DNA from: an uncultured delta proteobacterium | Lineage (GTDB): Bacteria > Desulfobacterota > Desulfobaccia > Desulfobaccales > 0-14-0-80-60-11 | Reading direction: 5' to 3' | Assembly: GCA_963796215.1 (NCBI GenBank) | Contig: CAWCKU010000027.1 | Span: 1,289-65,288 of the forward strand | Length of the DNA: 64,000 nt | Shown here: in pieces, positions 46,308 to 55,872 of the stretch | How the letters are laid out: each line of letters starts with the position of its first letter | Position numbering within the stretch: position 1 is the first letter of the stretch | The notes under the pieces: generated by a model | Database searches by the model: none | What the model was told of the DNA's origin: nothing | The model's input: the letters and a program-made list of their open reading frames with translations, nothing else | Translations under genes and position numbers: made by a program

Positions 46308-46311
46308 CGCC

Positions 46312-47238
46312 ATGACCGACCCTCAATGGACCATCCTCAAGATCCTGCGCTGGACCACCGACTATTTCCGGGATAAAGGGGTCTCGGAGCCCCGGGCCTC
46401 CGCCGAGGTGCTCCTGGCCCACGTCCTGGGCCTGAGCCGTCTGGACCTCTACTTGCGCTACGACCAGCCCCTCGCGCCGGAAGAGTTGGCCCGCTTCAAG
46501 GCCCTGATGGTGCGCCGCCGCAGGGTGAACCCGTTGCCTACCTCACCGGCCACCGGGAGTTCTGGTCCCTGGATTTTCAGGTCGCCCCCGGGGTCCTGAT
46601 TCCCCGGCCGGAGACCGAAATCCTGGTAAGCGCGGCCTTGGAAGCGGCCAGGAATATAAATGCCGTGACGGGACGGGGCTGCAACCCACCGCAAACCGAA
46701 ACCAGAAAACGGAAACCAGCGTTTATGGGGACTGGAAATCGGGGTGGGCTCCGGCGCGGTGGTGGTGGCCCTGGCCAAGGAACTGCCCCAGATGGACTGG
46801 CTGGCCCTGGACCTGTCGGCCGCGGCCCTGACGGTGGCCCGGGACAACGCCCGGCGCCATGGGGTGGCCGGGCGTATCCACTTCGTCCAGGGCGACCTGC
46901 GTCTCCGGGCTCAAACCAGGCCCCAGGTTCGCCCTGCTGGTGGCCAATCTCCCCTATGTGCCCCGGGCCGAATGGGAGCAGCTTCCCAAGGATATTAAGG
47001 ATTTTGAGCCCACCGGAGGCCCTGCTGGGCGGCGAGGACGGTCTGGACCTCATCCGGCCCTTGGTCCGACAGGCGCAGCAATATTTGCATCCCGGCGGGT
47101 GCCTCGCCCTGGAAGTGGGCGACGGGCAGGCGGGACAGGTCCTGGAATTACTGCGGGAAACCGAGGCTTATGAGCGGTTGGAGAGCCTTGGCGGATTATC
47201 AGGGGATTCAGCGAGTGGTGCGGGGCCGGCGGCGCTGA
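46312..47238 (+). CDS. prmC: release-factor glutamine N5-methyltransferase, at least 4 frame breaks
   Basis: [62 protein letters not shown] (NPPY-type motif), C-terminus [14 protein letters not shown] then TGA 47236-47238. Confidence 0.75.
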
Positions 47239-47460
47239 TTAAAAAATCGCCTCGTTTTTCAGCATGATACCATAACCATCGCCATCTTTGCTCTTCTGAC
47301 TGCGATAGCGGGGGGTGGTGTCGTAGTCGCTCCAGCCTTCGGCGCTGTCAACGCGGAGCCGCTGCACTCCGCCGTCAGCATTCGATTTTTCATAGAGGAC
47401 ACCGGAGCAGCCCACCACAAAGAAGAGCCCGGCCATTGTTAGGGCTAACAATTTGTTCAT
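47239..47460 (-). CDS. small lipoprotein, paralogue of 48436..48648
   Basis: [18 protein letters not shown] lipobox. [15 protein letters not shown]...W, ends MLKNEAIF. Confidence 0.55.
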   Translation of the reverse strand: MNKLLALTMAGLFFVVGCSGVLYEKSNADGGVQRLRVDSAEGWSDYDTTPRYRSQKSKDGDGYGIMLKNEAIF

Positions 47461-47463
47461 TAA

Positions 47464-48318
47464 GTGCTTATCCGTAAATAATCCAACTTTTCGCCAGCAG
47501 ATTATGGCTGCTGCTAAATGGATCAAGGCGATATAACTGGAAAGGGTTTTTTCATAACGAACCAAGATTTTGCGAAACCTATTAAGCCATGAATGGCAGA
47601 CTTCTACGATCCATCGGCGTGCACGGTAGCCGGGAACAGTTTTTTTCGCCTCGATTTCCTCGCCGCGGCGCCGTACATGGGGGATATAGTCCCGGTCGAC
47701 TATGCTTTGGTATGCAGGTTTACCGTCATAGCCTTTGTCGGCGCAAAGATGTTGAAGCTTGTCTGCCGCTGGCTCTGGTCGCTTAATGACAATGTTATCC
47801 AATACGGCTTCCAGTTGAGTTACATCATGCCTATTAGCCCCGGTTACGACGATCGACAGAGGGACGCCAAGCTCGTCTACCAGCAAATGGCGTTTGCTTC
47901 CTTTTTTTCCCCCTGTCCGTCGGGCTCGGACCAACCGCCTCCTGAGCTAAAGGGGCTTTGGTCATGGCACTATCAAGACTCTGCCATAACCAGGAGATGC
48001 CCTCCATTTCATCATATTCCGCCAACCGGCTCGCCACATGGCCAGAAATACCCCGGCCTTTTCCCACTGGCGAAAGTAGGCATGGACGGAACTGGGGCTA
48101 CCATATACCTCTTTGGGGAGAGCCTTCCATTGGCAGCCGGTGCGGAGAACATAAACAATACCTTCAAAGACCTTGCGATAATCCAACGGCTTTCTGCCAC
48201 CGCCCTTTTTCCGGATATAAGATTTGTTTGGGTCCCTGGTCGGTGGCGGCAAGAGAGGCTCCACTCGCTGCCAAAAAGCATCGGAAACAGCCCATGATGG
48301 CAACCTTGGCATGCGCAC
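47464..48318 (-). CDS. IS5-family DDE transposase, two frame breaks (TT near 48030 and T7/A7 run 47902-47908); stop not resolved
   Basis: DUF4096-like N-terminus VSDAFWQRVEPLLPP...VFEGIVYVLRTGCQWKALP. Middle LAEYDEMEGISWLWQSLDSAMTKAPL. DDE part LLVDELGVPLSIVVTGANRHD...CADKGYD...RWIVEVCHSWLNRFR. Confidence 0.8.
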
Positions 48319-48390
48319 CTCCTATAAGCTGTTTTATGGGTATGCATGCCATATTATTTGATAAATGTCAAGTTATATACGGATAAGCAC
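47464..48390 (-). mobile_element. IS5-family insertion sequence (IS427/IS1031-like size class), 927 bp, TAA target duplication
   Basis: Terminal inverted repeats GTGCTTATCCGTA (47464-47476) and TACGGATAAGCAC (48378-48390). TAA at 47461-47463 and at 48391-48393. Confidence 0.8.
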
Positions 48391-48435
48391 TAAATACCCG
48401 CGCAACAATTTGGCATGTACTATGCCATGAGCCAA

Positions 48436-48648
48436 CTAAAAAGTCGACTCTTTTTTTAATAGGAAGACAGATTCGTCTTTTTTGGTAGAGTTTTGATCCC
48501 AGGTACTCCATCTGTCGGTGGTGCCCAGGCGAAGCCTTTCCGACTTGCCCTCGTCGTCCACTTTTTCCGAGATAATCCCGGCGCAGCCGCACCACAACAT
48601 GGCGGCCAAAGCTGCGGCTGCCAGCCAAACCCATCTTTCTCGGCGCAT
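48436..48648 (-). CDS. small (lipo)protein, paralogue of 47239..47460
   Basis: MRRERWVWLAAAALAAMLWCGC. EKVDDEGKSERLRLG...W, ends LLKKESTF. Confidence 0.5.
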   Translation of the reverse strand: MRRERWVWLAAAALAAMLWCGCAGIISEKVDDEGKSERLRLGTTDRWSTWDQNSTKKDESVFLLKKESTF

Positions 48649-48720
48649 AACTTCCTCCCATCCACTCCTAATGGATCTGGACTGAGCACGAAGTTCATAT
48701 TCTAACGCCGGTTGCCGTCT

Positions 48721-49992
48721 TTACAGGCTGTCCGGGCCACAGATGCGCCCGGTGACGGCGGACGCGGCGGTTACCGCCGGGTTGGCCAGATAAACTTTTG
48801 ACTGCGGATGGCCCATGCGACCCACAAAGTTACGGTTAGTGGTGGCAATGGCGACCTCGCCGGGGGCCAGGATGCCCATGTGTCCCCCCAGGCAGGGCCC
48901 GCAGGTGGGAGGGCCGATGACCGCACCCGCCTCCATAAATATGGCCAGCAAGCCCTGGTCCATGGCCTGCCGGTAGATCAGGGGGGTGGCGGGGATAATG
49001 ATCAGACGCACCCCTTTGGCCGCCTTGCGGCCTTTTAAGACCTTGGCCGCCACTTGCAGGTCTTCCAGCCGGCCATTGGTGCAGGAGCCGATCACCGCCT
49101 GATCGATGGTGACTTCTCCCACCCGGGACAAAGGCTTGACATTGCCCGGCGACGACGGGCAGGCCACCTGGGGCTCCAGCCGGCCCACGTCGTAGGTTTT
49201 CACAAGAGCATAAGCCGAATCTTTGTCGCTGTAAAGGTTTTTTATATCAAACGGCCGCAGGCCCCGGTCTTTGACATAGGCCAGGGTCACCTCATCCGGG
49301 GCGATGATGCCGTTTTTGGCCCCGGCCTCCACCGCCATGTTGGCCATGGAAAAACGGTCGGCCATGGGGAGCCGGTCAATGGCTGGCCCGGTGAACTCCA
49401 TGGCCCGGTAGTTGGCCCCGTCCACCCCGATATCGCCGATGGTGTAGAGGATCAGGTCCTTGCCGGTGACCCAGGGCCCCAGTTGCCCCTGATAAACGAA
49501 CTTGATGCTCTCCGGCACCTTGAGCCAGACTTCGCCGTTGACCATGGCCGCGGCCAGGTCGGTGGAGCCCACCCCGGAGGCGAAGGCCCCCAGGGCTCCG
49601 TAAGTGCAGGTGTGGCTGTCGGCGCCGATGATCAGATCGCCGGGGACCACGATGCCTTTCTCCGGCAGCAGGGCGTGTTCCACCCCCATGTCGCCGCCGT
49701 CATAGAAATGGACCAGGTTCTGCTCCTGGGCGAACTGGCGCACTGTCTGCACCTGGATGGCGGAGGCGATGTCCTTGTTGGGGGCGAAGTGGTCCGCCAC
49801 CAGGACCACCCGCTCCCGGTCGAAGACCTTTTTGGCGCCGACGTCCCGAAAGGCCTTGATGGCCAAGGGGGCGGTGATGTCGTTGCCCAGGGCGATGTCC
49901 ACCTTGGCCAGGATCAGTTCCCCGGGCGCTACATATTCCTTGCCGGCGTGGGCCGCCAGGATTTTTTGCGTGATGGTTTGCGGTTTGCTCAT
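48721..49992 (-). CDS. leuC: 3-isopropylmalate dehydratase large subunit (short, archaeal/HacA-like type)
   Basis: ITQKILAAHAG, VDIALGNDIT, GADSHTCTYGALGAFA, IGSCTNGR, Cys ligands present. Confidence 0.9.
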   Translation of the reverse strand: MSKPQTITQKILAAHAGKEYVAPGELILAKVDIALGNDITAPLAIKAFRDVGAKKVFDRERVVLVADHFAPNKDIASAIQVQTVRQFAQEQNLVHFYDGGDMGVEHALLPEKGIVVPGDLIIGADSHTCTYGALGAFASGVGSTDLAAAMVNGEVWLKVPESIKFVYQGQLGPWVTGKDLILYTIGDIGVDGANYRAMEFTGPAIDRLPMADRFSMANMAVEAGAKNGIIAPDEVTLAYVKDRGLRPFDIKNLYSDKDSAYALVKTYDVGRLEPQVACPSSPGNVKPLSRVGEVTIDQAVIGSCTNGRLEDLQVAAKVLKGRKAAKGVRLIIIPATPLIYRQAMDQGLLAIFMEAGAVIGPPTCGPCLGGHMGILAPGEVAIATTNRNFVGRMGHPQSKVYLANPAVTAASAVTGRICGPDSL

Positions 49993-50027
49993 TTCTTGAG
50001 TTTCCAGTTTCGAGTTTTGGTTTCAAA
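49993..50027. repeat. heptamer tandem repeat TTCTTGA GTTTCCA GTTTCGA GTTTTGG TTTCAAA
   Basis: Begins directly beside the leuC start codon. Shares the 14-mer AGTTTCGAGTTTTG with 62199-62212. Confidence 0.7.
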
Positions 50028-50167
50028 TCCTTTTAGAATCGAGTTATCCGGCAATCACATAAGGAGGCGGGGTGGGCCGGGCCCACCCTCCCCTGTTTTC
50101 CGAGCCTATTAATGGTGCGTAGAACGCACCCTACGGAACACCGCGCCTGTAAAGAAGCTGACCGCTA

Positions 50168-51722
50168 CTATAACTTCACCGGCTTCTCTTTGGAGCGCGG
50201 GCCCATCTCCTGCAAAAAGTGCAGCCGGTTCAAGCCATTGATGTAGGCCCGGGCGCTGGCGGTGACCACGTCGGGGTCCACCCCCTGGCCGGTGACCACG
50301 TGGCCGTCTTCCTCCAACCGGACCGACACCTCGCCCAGGGCCTCGGTGCCCCCGGTGATGGAACTCACCGCGAATTTCAGCAGGCGGCACTTCGACCTGG
50401 CCAGGTCGGTAATGGCGCGAAAAGCCGCGTCAATGGGGCCGTCACCAAAGGTCGACAGGGTCTTGACCTCCCCGCCCACCTCCAATCTCACGGTGGCCGA
50501 GGGCTTGACCGTGGTGCCGGTGAGGACCACCAGTTCAATCAGCCGGAAGTGCTCGGGCACCGACTTATAGATGGATTCGGTCTCCACCAGGCTTATAAGG
50601 TCTTCGTCGAAGACCTTCTTCTTCAGGTCGGCCAGTTCCTTAAACCGTTCTAAAAACCCGGATCAACTCCTCATCCGAGAGGTAGTAGCCCATCTCCTGG
50701 AGCTTGTTTTTGAAGGCGTGGCGCCCGGAAAGTTTCCCCAGCACCAGGAGGCTCTTTTTGATGCCCACCGTGGTGGGGGTCATGATTTCGAAGGTGCTGG
50801 CCTCCTTCAGCATCCCGTCCTGGTGAATGCCGGACTCATGGGCAAAGGCATTGGCCCCGACGATGGCCTTATTGGGCTGCACCGGCACGCCCGACAGCTT
50901 GCTGACCAGACGGCTGGCCGGATAGATATACTGGGTGACAATATCCGTGTGATAGTGCAACAGGTCTTTCCGGGTGGCCAGGGCCATGACCACTTCCTCC
51001 ACGGAGGCGTTACCGGCCCGTTCGCCCAGGCCATTGATGGTCACTTCCGCCTGGCCGGCCCCGTTCATGATGGCCGCCAGGGTGTTGGCCACCGCCAGGC
51101 CCAGGTCGTTGTGGCAGTGCACGGAGATCACCGCCTTGTGGATATTGGGGATGTGTTCCGTCAGGTACTTGATCATGGCGCCGAACTCGTGGGGAATGGC
51201 GTAGCCCACCGTGTCCGGGAAATTCACCGTGGTGGCCCCGGCCTCAATGACCGCCGTGAACACCTGGGCCACGTAAGCCAGGTCACTGCGGGAGGCGTCC
51301 ATGGCGGAGAATTCCACGTTGGAGGTGTAGCGGGTAGCATGTTTCACCGCAGCCACGGCCATCTCCAAGACCTCATCCCGCCCTTTGCGCATCTGGTGCT
51401 GCAGATGGATGTCCGAGGTGGAGATGAAGGTATGGATACGGGGATTAGTGGCCTCCTTGACCGCCTCCCAGCAAGCGTCGATGTCTTTCTCGAAAGCCCG
51501 GGCGAGACCGGCGACTTGAGGGCCGCGAATCTCCCGGGCCACCGCCTGCACCGCGGCAAAATCACCGGGGGAGGAGAAGGGAAAACCGGCTTCGATGATG
51601 TCCACGTTGAGGAGTTCCAGATGCCGGGCAATCTGCAGTTTTTCATCGACGTTGAGATTGGCCCCGGGGGTCTGCTCCCCATCCCGCAGGGTGGTGTCAA
51701 AAATATAGATTTTCTTAGACAT
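50168..51722 (-). CDS. leuA: 2-isopropylmalate synthase, one frame break near 50630
   Basis: AAGGAGAG then ATG 51722. [36 protein letters not shown]. LeuA dimerisation/regulatory C-terminus in ORF 50168..50587. Confidence 0.9.
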
Positions 51723-51846
51723 TAGGCTCTCCTTTCCCAAAAGGACTCCAGGGAAAGCAATGGTATTATACCACTGTCTCCACGAAAAAGAAGCAGTTAA
51801 AACTATACTTTGCCGGAATTGTTAGGAAGAATAAATAGATGCCTGC

Positions 51847-51915
51847 CTAGGCAGGCAGCAGCGGCCGCAAGGCTAGGCCCAGAAGGGGAAGACGGTGAGG
51901 TTGGAAATAATTCAT
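51847..51915 (-). promoter_or_regulatory. candidate leucine leader peptide (22 codons, 7 Leu) with the stop codon inside a GC hairpin
   Basis: MNYFQPHRLPLLGLALRPLLPA*. The TAG lies in the loop of TGCCTGC-CTAG-GCAGGCA (51840-51857), followed on the minus strand by ATCTATTTATTCTTCC. 125 nt upstream of the leuA ATG. Confidence 0.45.
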
Positions 51916-51944
51916 GTGACTGCCTGACCATCAAGGGATGTATT

Positions 51945-51974
51945 ATTATATCCAAACCGAAATTGAAAAAACAA
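51945..51974 (-). promoter_or_regulatory. candidate promoter TTGTTT-18-TATAAT upstream of the leader ORF
   Basis: -10 at 51945-51950 and -35 at 51969-51974 (minus strand). Confidence 0.4.
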
Positions 51975-52038
51975 GGGCAAAATGCAGGCCTGATTTTTTC
52001 CAACCATGGGGGCCTGCTTCCAGGCAGAGTTTGGCTGC

Positions 52039-53149
52039 TTAATAGCTCTTAAAACGGCGGGCTATCTGGTCACTCAGGCATTGCGCCACCACGGTGTTAC
52101 CTAACGCCGTCCAATGCCCGTCGCCAACAAAATAAAGCTGGTCGAGCCGCTCTGCAGAAGCAGCCAGAGCAGGGGTCAAAGGGAAGATCATTTCCCCATG
52201 ATTTTTGGCAATCTCCGTCAGAGCCGTTTCATCATGGGAAATCTGGCGGTTATTTCGGTAGGCTTCTACTTCCGCAGACACGGGGACATAAACAATCATT
52301 AATGAACCTCCAGCCCCGTTTACCAATTTTTTAATATGTTTGATAAAGATATCCGTTAGTCTCTTATTTTCATCATTAGCATAGCCTTACTGATATACCG
52401 GATAAGTTATAATTAATCCGCCTTCTTTAAGCGCCGTGGGATTGGTATTTCTATAAAACCACTTAATACCTGCTTCCTTAATAAGATTAGCTGTTTGAGA
52501 CCATGAAACCAACCAATTATAGCCGGGTAGATACCAAAGTGCAGTCTTAATAAGTCCTCTACTATTTTGCAAAGCTTTAGGGAAAATTTCTCCAGCCGGA
52601 GAAATTGAAAAATATTCGCCTCGCTCATTATCGATAAAATCATTGGCGGCAAAACAAAGAACGGTTAAATCAGGCTTGAATTTATATCCCAGAACCTGGA
52701 AGAATTTCAACTCGTAATCGGTCCCCTTGCCGCTAACCCCCTGCATTTATGACCTCGGCGGAAAGATGATCTGCCAATAAATGTCTTTCAGTTAGATAAG
52801 GAAAGGTCTGGTCGTCATTCACTCCGAAGCCGTAAGTAAAAGAATCGCCCAAAAACAAGAGGCGATGCTCCGTCCGTCTCTCATAACTGTATTCTTTACT
52901 GCCACGGGACCCCAAAGAATTGTGGCTATAGGTATGATCGAACAAACCGGGCCTAATTTTCCGGCCTTTCTGATCGGGCGTGGGAATATCACCCAATTGG
53001 GGATCAAACCTAAACCGAATGGGGGCCACCTCTTGTGGGTCAATGAACCGCACGGCCACTTCAGTAACTCCAAAGGCAAAGGTCAAACTGATAACCAGGC
53101 AGACGATTATTAAAACGGTATTTCTCATCCTCCTCCCCGCTAGTGCCAT
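52039..53149 (-). pseudogene. SGNH/GDSL hydrolase paralogue, low GC, with one G-run frameshift (about 52740) and one in-frame TAA (52387-52389)
   Basis: ORFs 52733..53149, 52387..52746 and 52039..52326 align colinearly with 53192..54316: LLFLGDSFTYGFGV, VINAG, GKGTDYELKFF, LPGYNWLVSWSQTANL, VYVPVSAEVEAYR, GDGHW. Confidence 0.55.
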
Positions 53150-53191
53150 TTCCGGCCACCTGATTCGCTGCCAGGGTCAAGGCACCAAAGA

Positions 53192-54316
53192 CTAAGGCTT
53201 GTCGCTCCGGGACCTACGTTTTGCCTGTAGTTGGCTGGCAATATAATCCCCCAAATATCTCCCGACCTGTAAATGAGCCCGGGGAGTCCAATGACCTTCG
53301 GCGTAATACAGCTCCCGGATGGGCACCGGGGCAGAGGCCAAAGGCGGCGTTAGGGACTTGAGCGTACCCCCCCGGGCCTCGATGATCTCCTTAAGGGCCT
53401 GTTCGTCCCTGGAGATTTCCTGCTTCCGGCGATAGGTCTCCACTTCCGAGGCCAGGGGAATATAGACGACCAGCAGCTCGCTGCCTGCTTGTTTTACGGC
53501 TTCCCTTAAATGATCCAGATAGATTGCGGTGAGCTTCCGGTTGGTTTCATTGGAGTAGCCGAGGCCATCATAGCCTGTCTCATAGGAGACCACTAGCCCG
53601 GAAGCCGCGCCTACCTGCCCTTTCCGGCCTTTGCCGGCCTGTACCAGATAATCCACCGCGGCCTGTTTGACCAGGTTGGCCGCCTGGGACCAAGAGATCA
53701 GCCAATTATAACCGGGAAGATGCAAAAGAAAAGTCTTAATGGACCCCCGATTGCCGTCCAGGGACTTAGCTCGCAGCCCGCCGCCAGCATCGACATCATA
53801 ATACTCCCCCCGGGCGTTGTCTTGGAAGTCATTGGAGAAGAAACAGAGGACCGTCACCTCGGGCTTTAACCCAGCCCCAACGGTCTGGAATAACTTCAAT
53901 TCGTAATCGGTGCCTTTGCCGGGATTGCCCGCATTAATAACTTCGGCGGGCAGGTACCGTTCCCCCAGTTCCCGCTCCAGCTCCGCGGCGAAGGTCTGGT
54001 CGTCGTCCACCCCAAGTCCGTAGGTAAAGGAATCGCCCAGCAAAAGGACGCGAACAGCCGCTTGCTTCTCGAGGCTAACCTCCCGGCTGCCCCGGAAGCC
54101 CAGGGAGTTGTTGCTGTAAGTGAAATCGTAGCCTCCGGGGTGTCGCTGACGACCTTTTTGCAAAGGCACCGGAATTTCCCCCAGTTCCGGGTCAGAGGCG
54201 AAGCGCGGCGGTCCGGTCTCCTGGGGGTTGACGATCCGGACGGCGATTTCGGCCAGGCCATAGGCCACGCTGAAGCCGATGATTACAGCAATCAAGCGAA
54301 ATAGAAGATTTTTCAC
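53192..54316 (-). CDS. membrane-anchored SGNH/GDSL hydrolase
   Basis: TM segment LLFRLIAVIIGFSVAYGL. Block I LLLGDSFTYGLGV, block III INAG, GKGTDYELKLF, block V AEGHW. Confidence 0.7.
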   Translation of the reverse strand: MKNLLFRLIAVIIGFSVAYGLAEIAVRIVNPQETGPPRFASDPELGEIPVPLQKGRQRHPGGYDFTYSNNSLGFRGSREVSLEKQAAVRVLLLGDSFTYGLGVDDDQTFAAELERELGERYLPAEVINAGNPGKGTDYELKLFQTVGAGLKPEVTVLCFFSNDFQDNARGEYYDVDAGGGLRAKSLDGNRGSIKTFLLHLPGYNWLISWSQAANLVKQAAVDYLVQAGKGRKGQVGAASGLVVSYETGYDGLGYSNETNRKLTAIYLDHLREAVKQAGSELLVVYIPLASEVETYRRKQEISRDEQALKEIIEARGGTLKSLTPPLASAPVPIRELYYAEGHWTPRAHLQVGRYLGDYIASQLQAKRRSRSDKP

Positions 54317-54363
54317 GGGTTAAAAGACCTGATTCGCCGGGGAAGGTTTTGCTGCCTGAGGCG

Positions 54364-55161
54364 CTAGGGGCTGGAGGGTTTCGGGGTCTGGTTTTCGCCC
54401 TCCGGTTTCTCCACCAAGGCCGGCCGGCGGTAGTACATGTAAGTGCTGATAGGTCCGGAGGCCACATAAACCACCAACAGCAGAAACCCCATGACCTCGG
54501 GCGCGGTGGCCACCACGACGAAAAGCAGCACCAAGGCCACCAGGGTTTGGAAGGGATGGCGTTGGAAGAGCTCCACCTTCTTGAAGCTGAAAAACTTGAT
54601 ATTGCTAACCATCAAAAAGGAAAGGAGATAGATGGTCACCAGAACGTACACGTGTTTCTCTGGAGCCCACTCGCCGATCTGGTAGTAAAAGGCAATGGCC
54701 GTGGCAACGACCATGGCGGCCGCCGGGATGGGGAGCCCATTGAAATAACGAGGGTCCATGGAGCCGGACTGGACGTTGAAGCGGGCCAACCTCAGGGCAC
54801 CGCACACCACAAAGAGAAACGCGGCCACCCAGCCGAACTGCTTATAGGGCAGCCCTTTCAGCGCCCAGAGATAGACCAGTAACGCCGGCGCCACCCCGAA
54901 GGACACCAGGTCCGCCAGCGAATCATATTGGACGCCAAACCCGGAGGTGCTGTGGGTGATGCGCGCGATGCGGCCGTCAAGACCGTCCAGGATCAGGGCC
55001 ACGAAAATGGCCCAGGCCGCGGCCAAGAAACGCCCGTCAATGGCGGCAATGATGGCGTAGAAACCGGCGAACAGGCTGGCGGTGGTGATGAGGTTAGGGA
55101 GCAGGAAGACGCCCCGAAAGCGGCGCCGGTCTCTTTTCTTACGTCTTCGGCGAAAGGCCAT
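54364..55161 (-). CDS. pssA: CDP-diacylglycerol--serine O-phosphatidyltransferase
   Basis: CDP-alcohol phosphatidyltransferase motif DGLDGRIAR...G...DSLADLVSFG. Multiple TM segments. Confidence 0.85.
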   Translation of the reverse strand: MAFRRRRKKRDRRRFRGVFLLPNLITTASLFAGFYAIIAAIDGRFLAAAWAIFVALILDGLDGRIARITHSTSGFGVQYDSLADLVSFGVAPALLVYLWALKGLPYKQFGWVAAFLFVVCGALRLARFNVQSGSMDPRYFNGLPIPAAAMVVATAIAFYYQIGEWAPEKHVYVLVTIYLLSFLMVSNIKFFSFKKVELFQRHPFQTLVALVLLFVVVATAPEVMGFLLLVVYVASGPISTYMYYRRPALVEKPEGENQTPKPSSP

Positions 55162-55225
55162 GTCGCATGCCCCCGAGGTTGCTGCCTAGCGGCGGGGTTA
55201 TTCCGCCTTTCACATTATACAGGAT

Positions 55226-55872
55226 TTATTCCCATCTGGCTACGATACTGCTGCCGGCCTTGACCCGGTCGCCCACCTTCACTAAAAGCTCGGCCTCCGG
55301 CGGCAGGTAGAGGTCCACCCGGGAGCCGAAGCAGATCATCCCCAGGCGCTCCCCTTTGTCGAGATGCCGGCCCGGCTGCACATAAGAGACGATGCGCCGG
55401 GCCAGGAGTCCGGCGATCTGCACCACCAGGACCTGGCGGCCCTTGGCCTCCAGGACCAGGGCCATCTGCTCGTTGAGGGTGCAGGCATCTTCACGCCAGG
55501 CCGCCTTAAAACAGCCGTCCCGGTGCTGGGCCACGACCACCGTGCCAGCCACCGGGGCCCGGTTGACATGGACGTCAAAGACGTTCATGAATATGGCCAC
55601 TCTGCGGGCCGGGGCCTGTAAATACTGGTCTTCTTGAACTTCGTCAACCAGAATGACTTTGCCGTCCGCCGGGGCGACGACGACTCCCGGCTCCCGGGGG
55701 ATGTCCCGCTCCGGGTCCCGGAAAAAATAGCCGAAAAAGGCCAACCCCGCCAGGCCCACCACCCCGAGCCAGCCCCAACTCAGGAGCCAGCCCAGGAAGA
55801 TCAGCAGGCCGCTGGCGGCCAGAAAAGAATAGCCAGGCGCGGCGATATAACTCTGCTTTTGCCTTCGGTCAT
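55226..55872 (-). CDS. psd: phosphatidylserine decarboxylase (short Asd-type proenzyme), one frame break just after the start
   Basis: ATG 55872 overlaps the corrected ilvC stop (ATGA). [46 protein letters not shown] (GS cleavage-type motif). Confidence 0.75.

Noticed and set aside
47895-47935. A7 run in the transposase as a programmed -1 slippery site
   Set aside because: The downstream frame is reached by +1, not -1. Removing one A restores a continuous IS5-type transposase. The second break (a TT run near 48030) is also a simple homopolymer deletion.
49054-51725. Plus-strand ORFs 49054..50112 (352 aa) and 50571..51725 (384 aa)
   Set aside because: Antisense to leuC and leuA, with shadow-frame composition.
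51741-51846. T-box riboswitch upstream of leuA
   Set aside because: I could find no T-box consensus (GGGUGGNACCGCG), no specifier-loop/GA-motif architecture, and the leader is too short.
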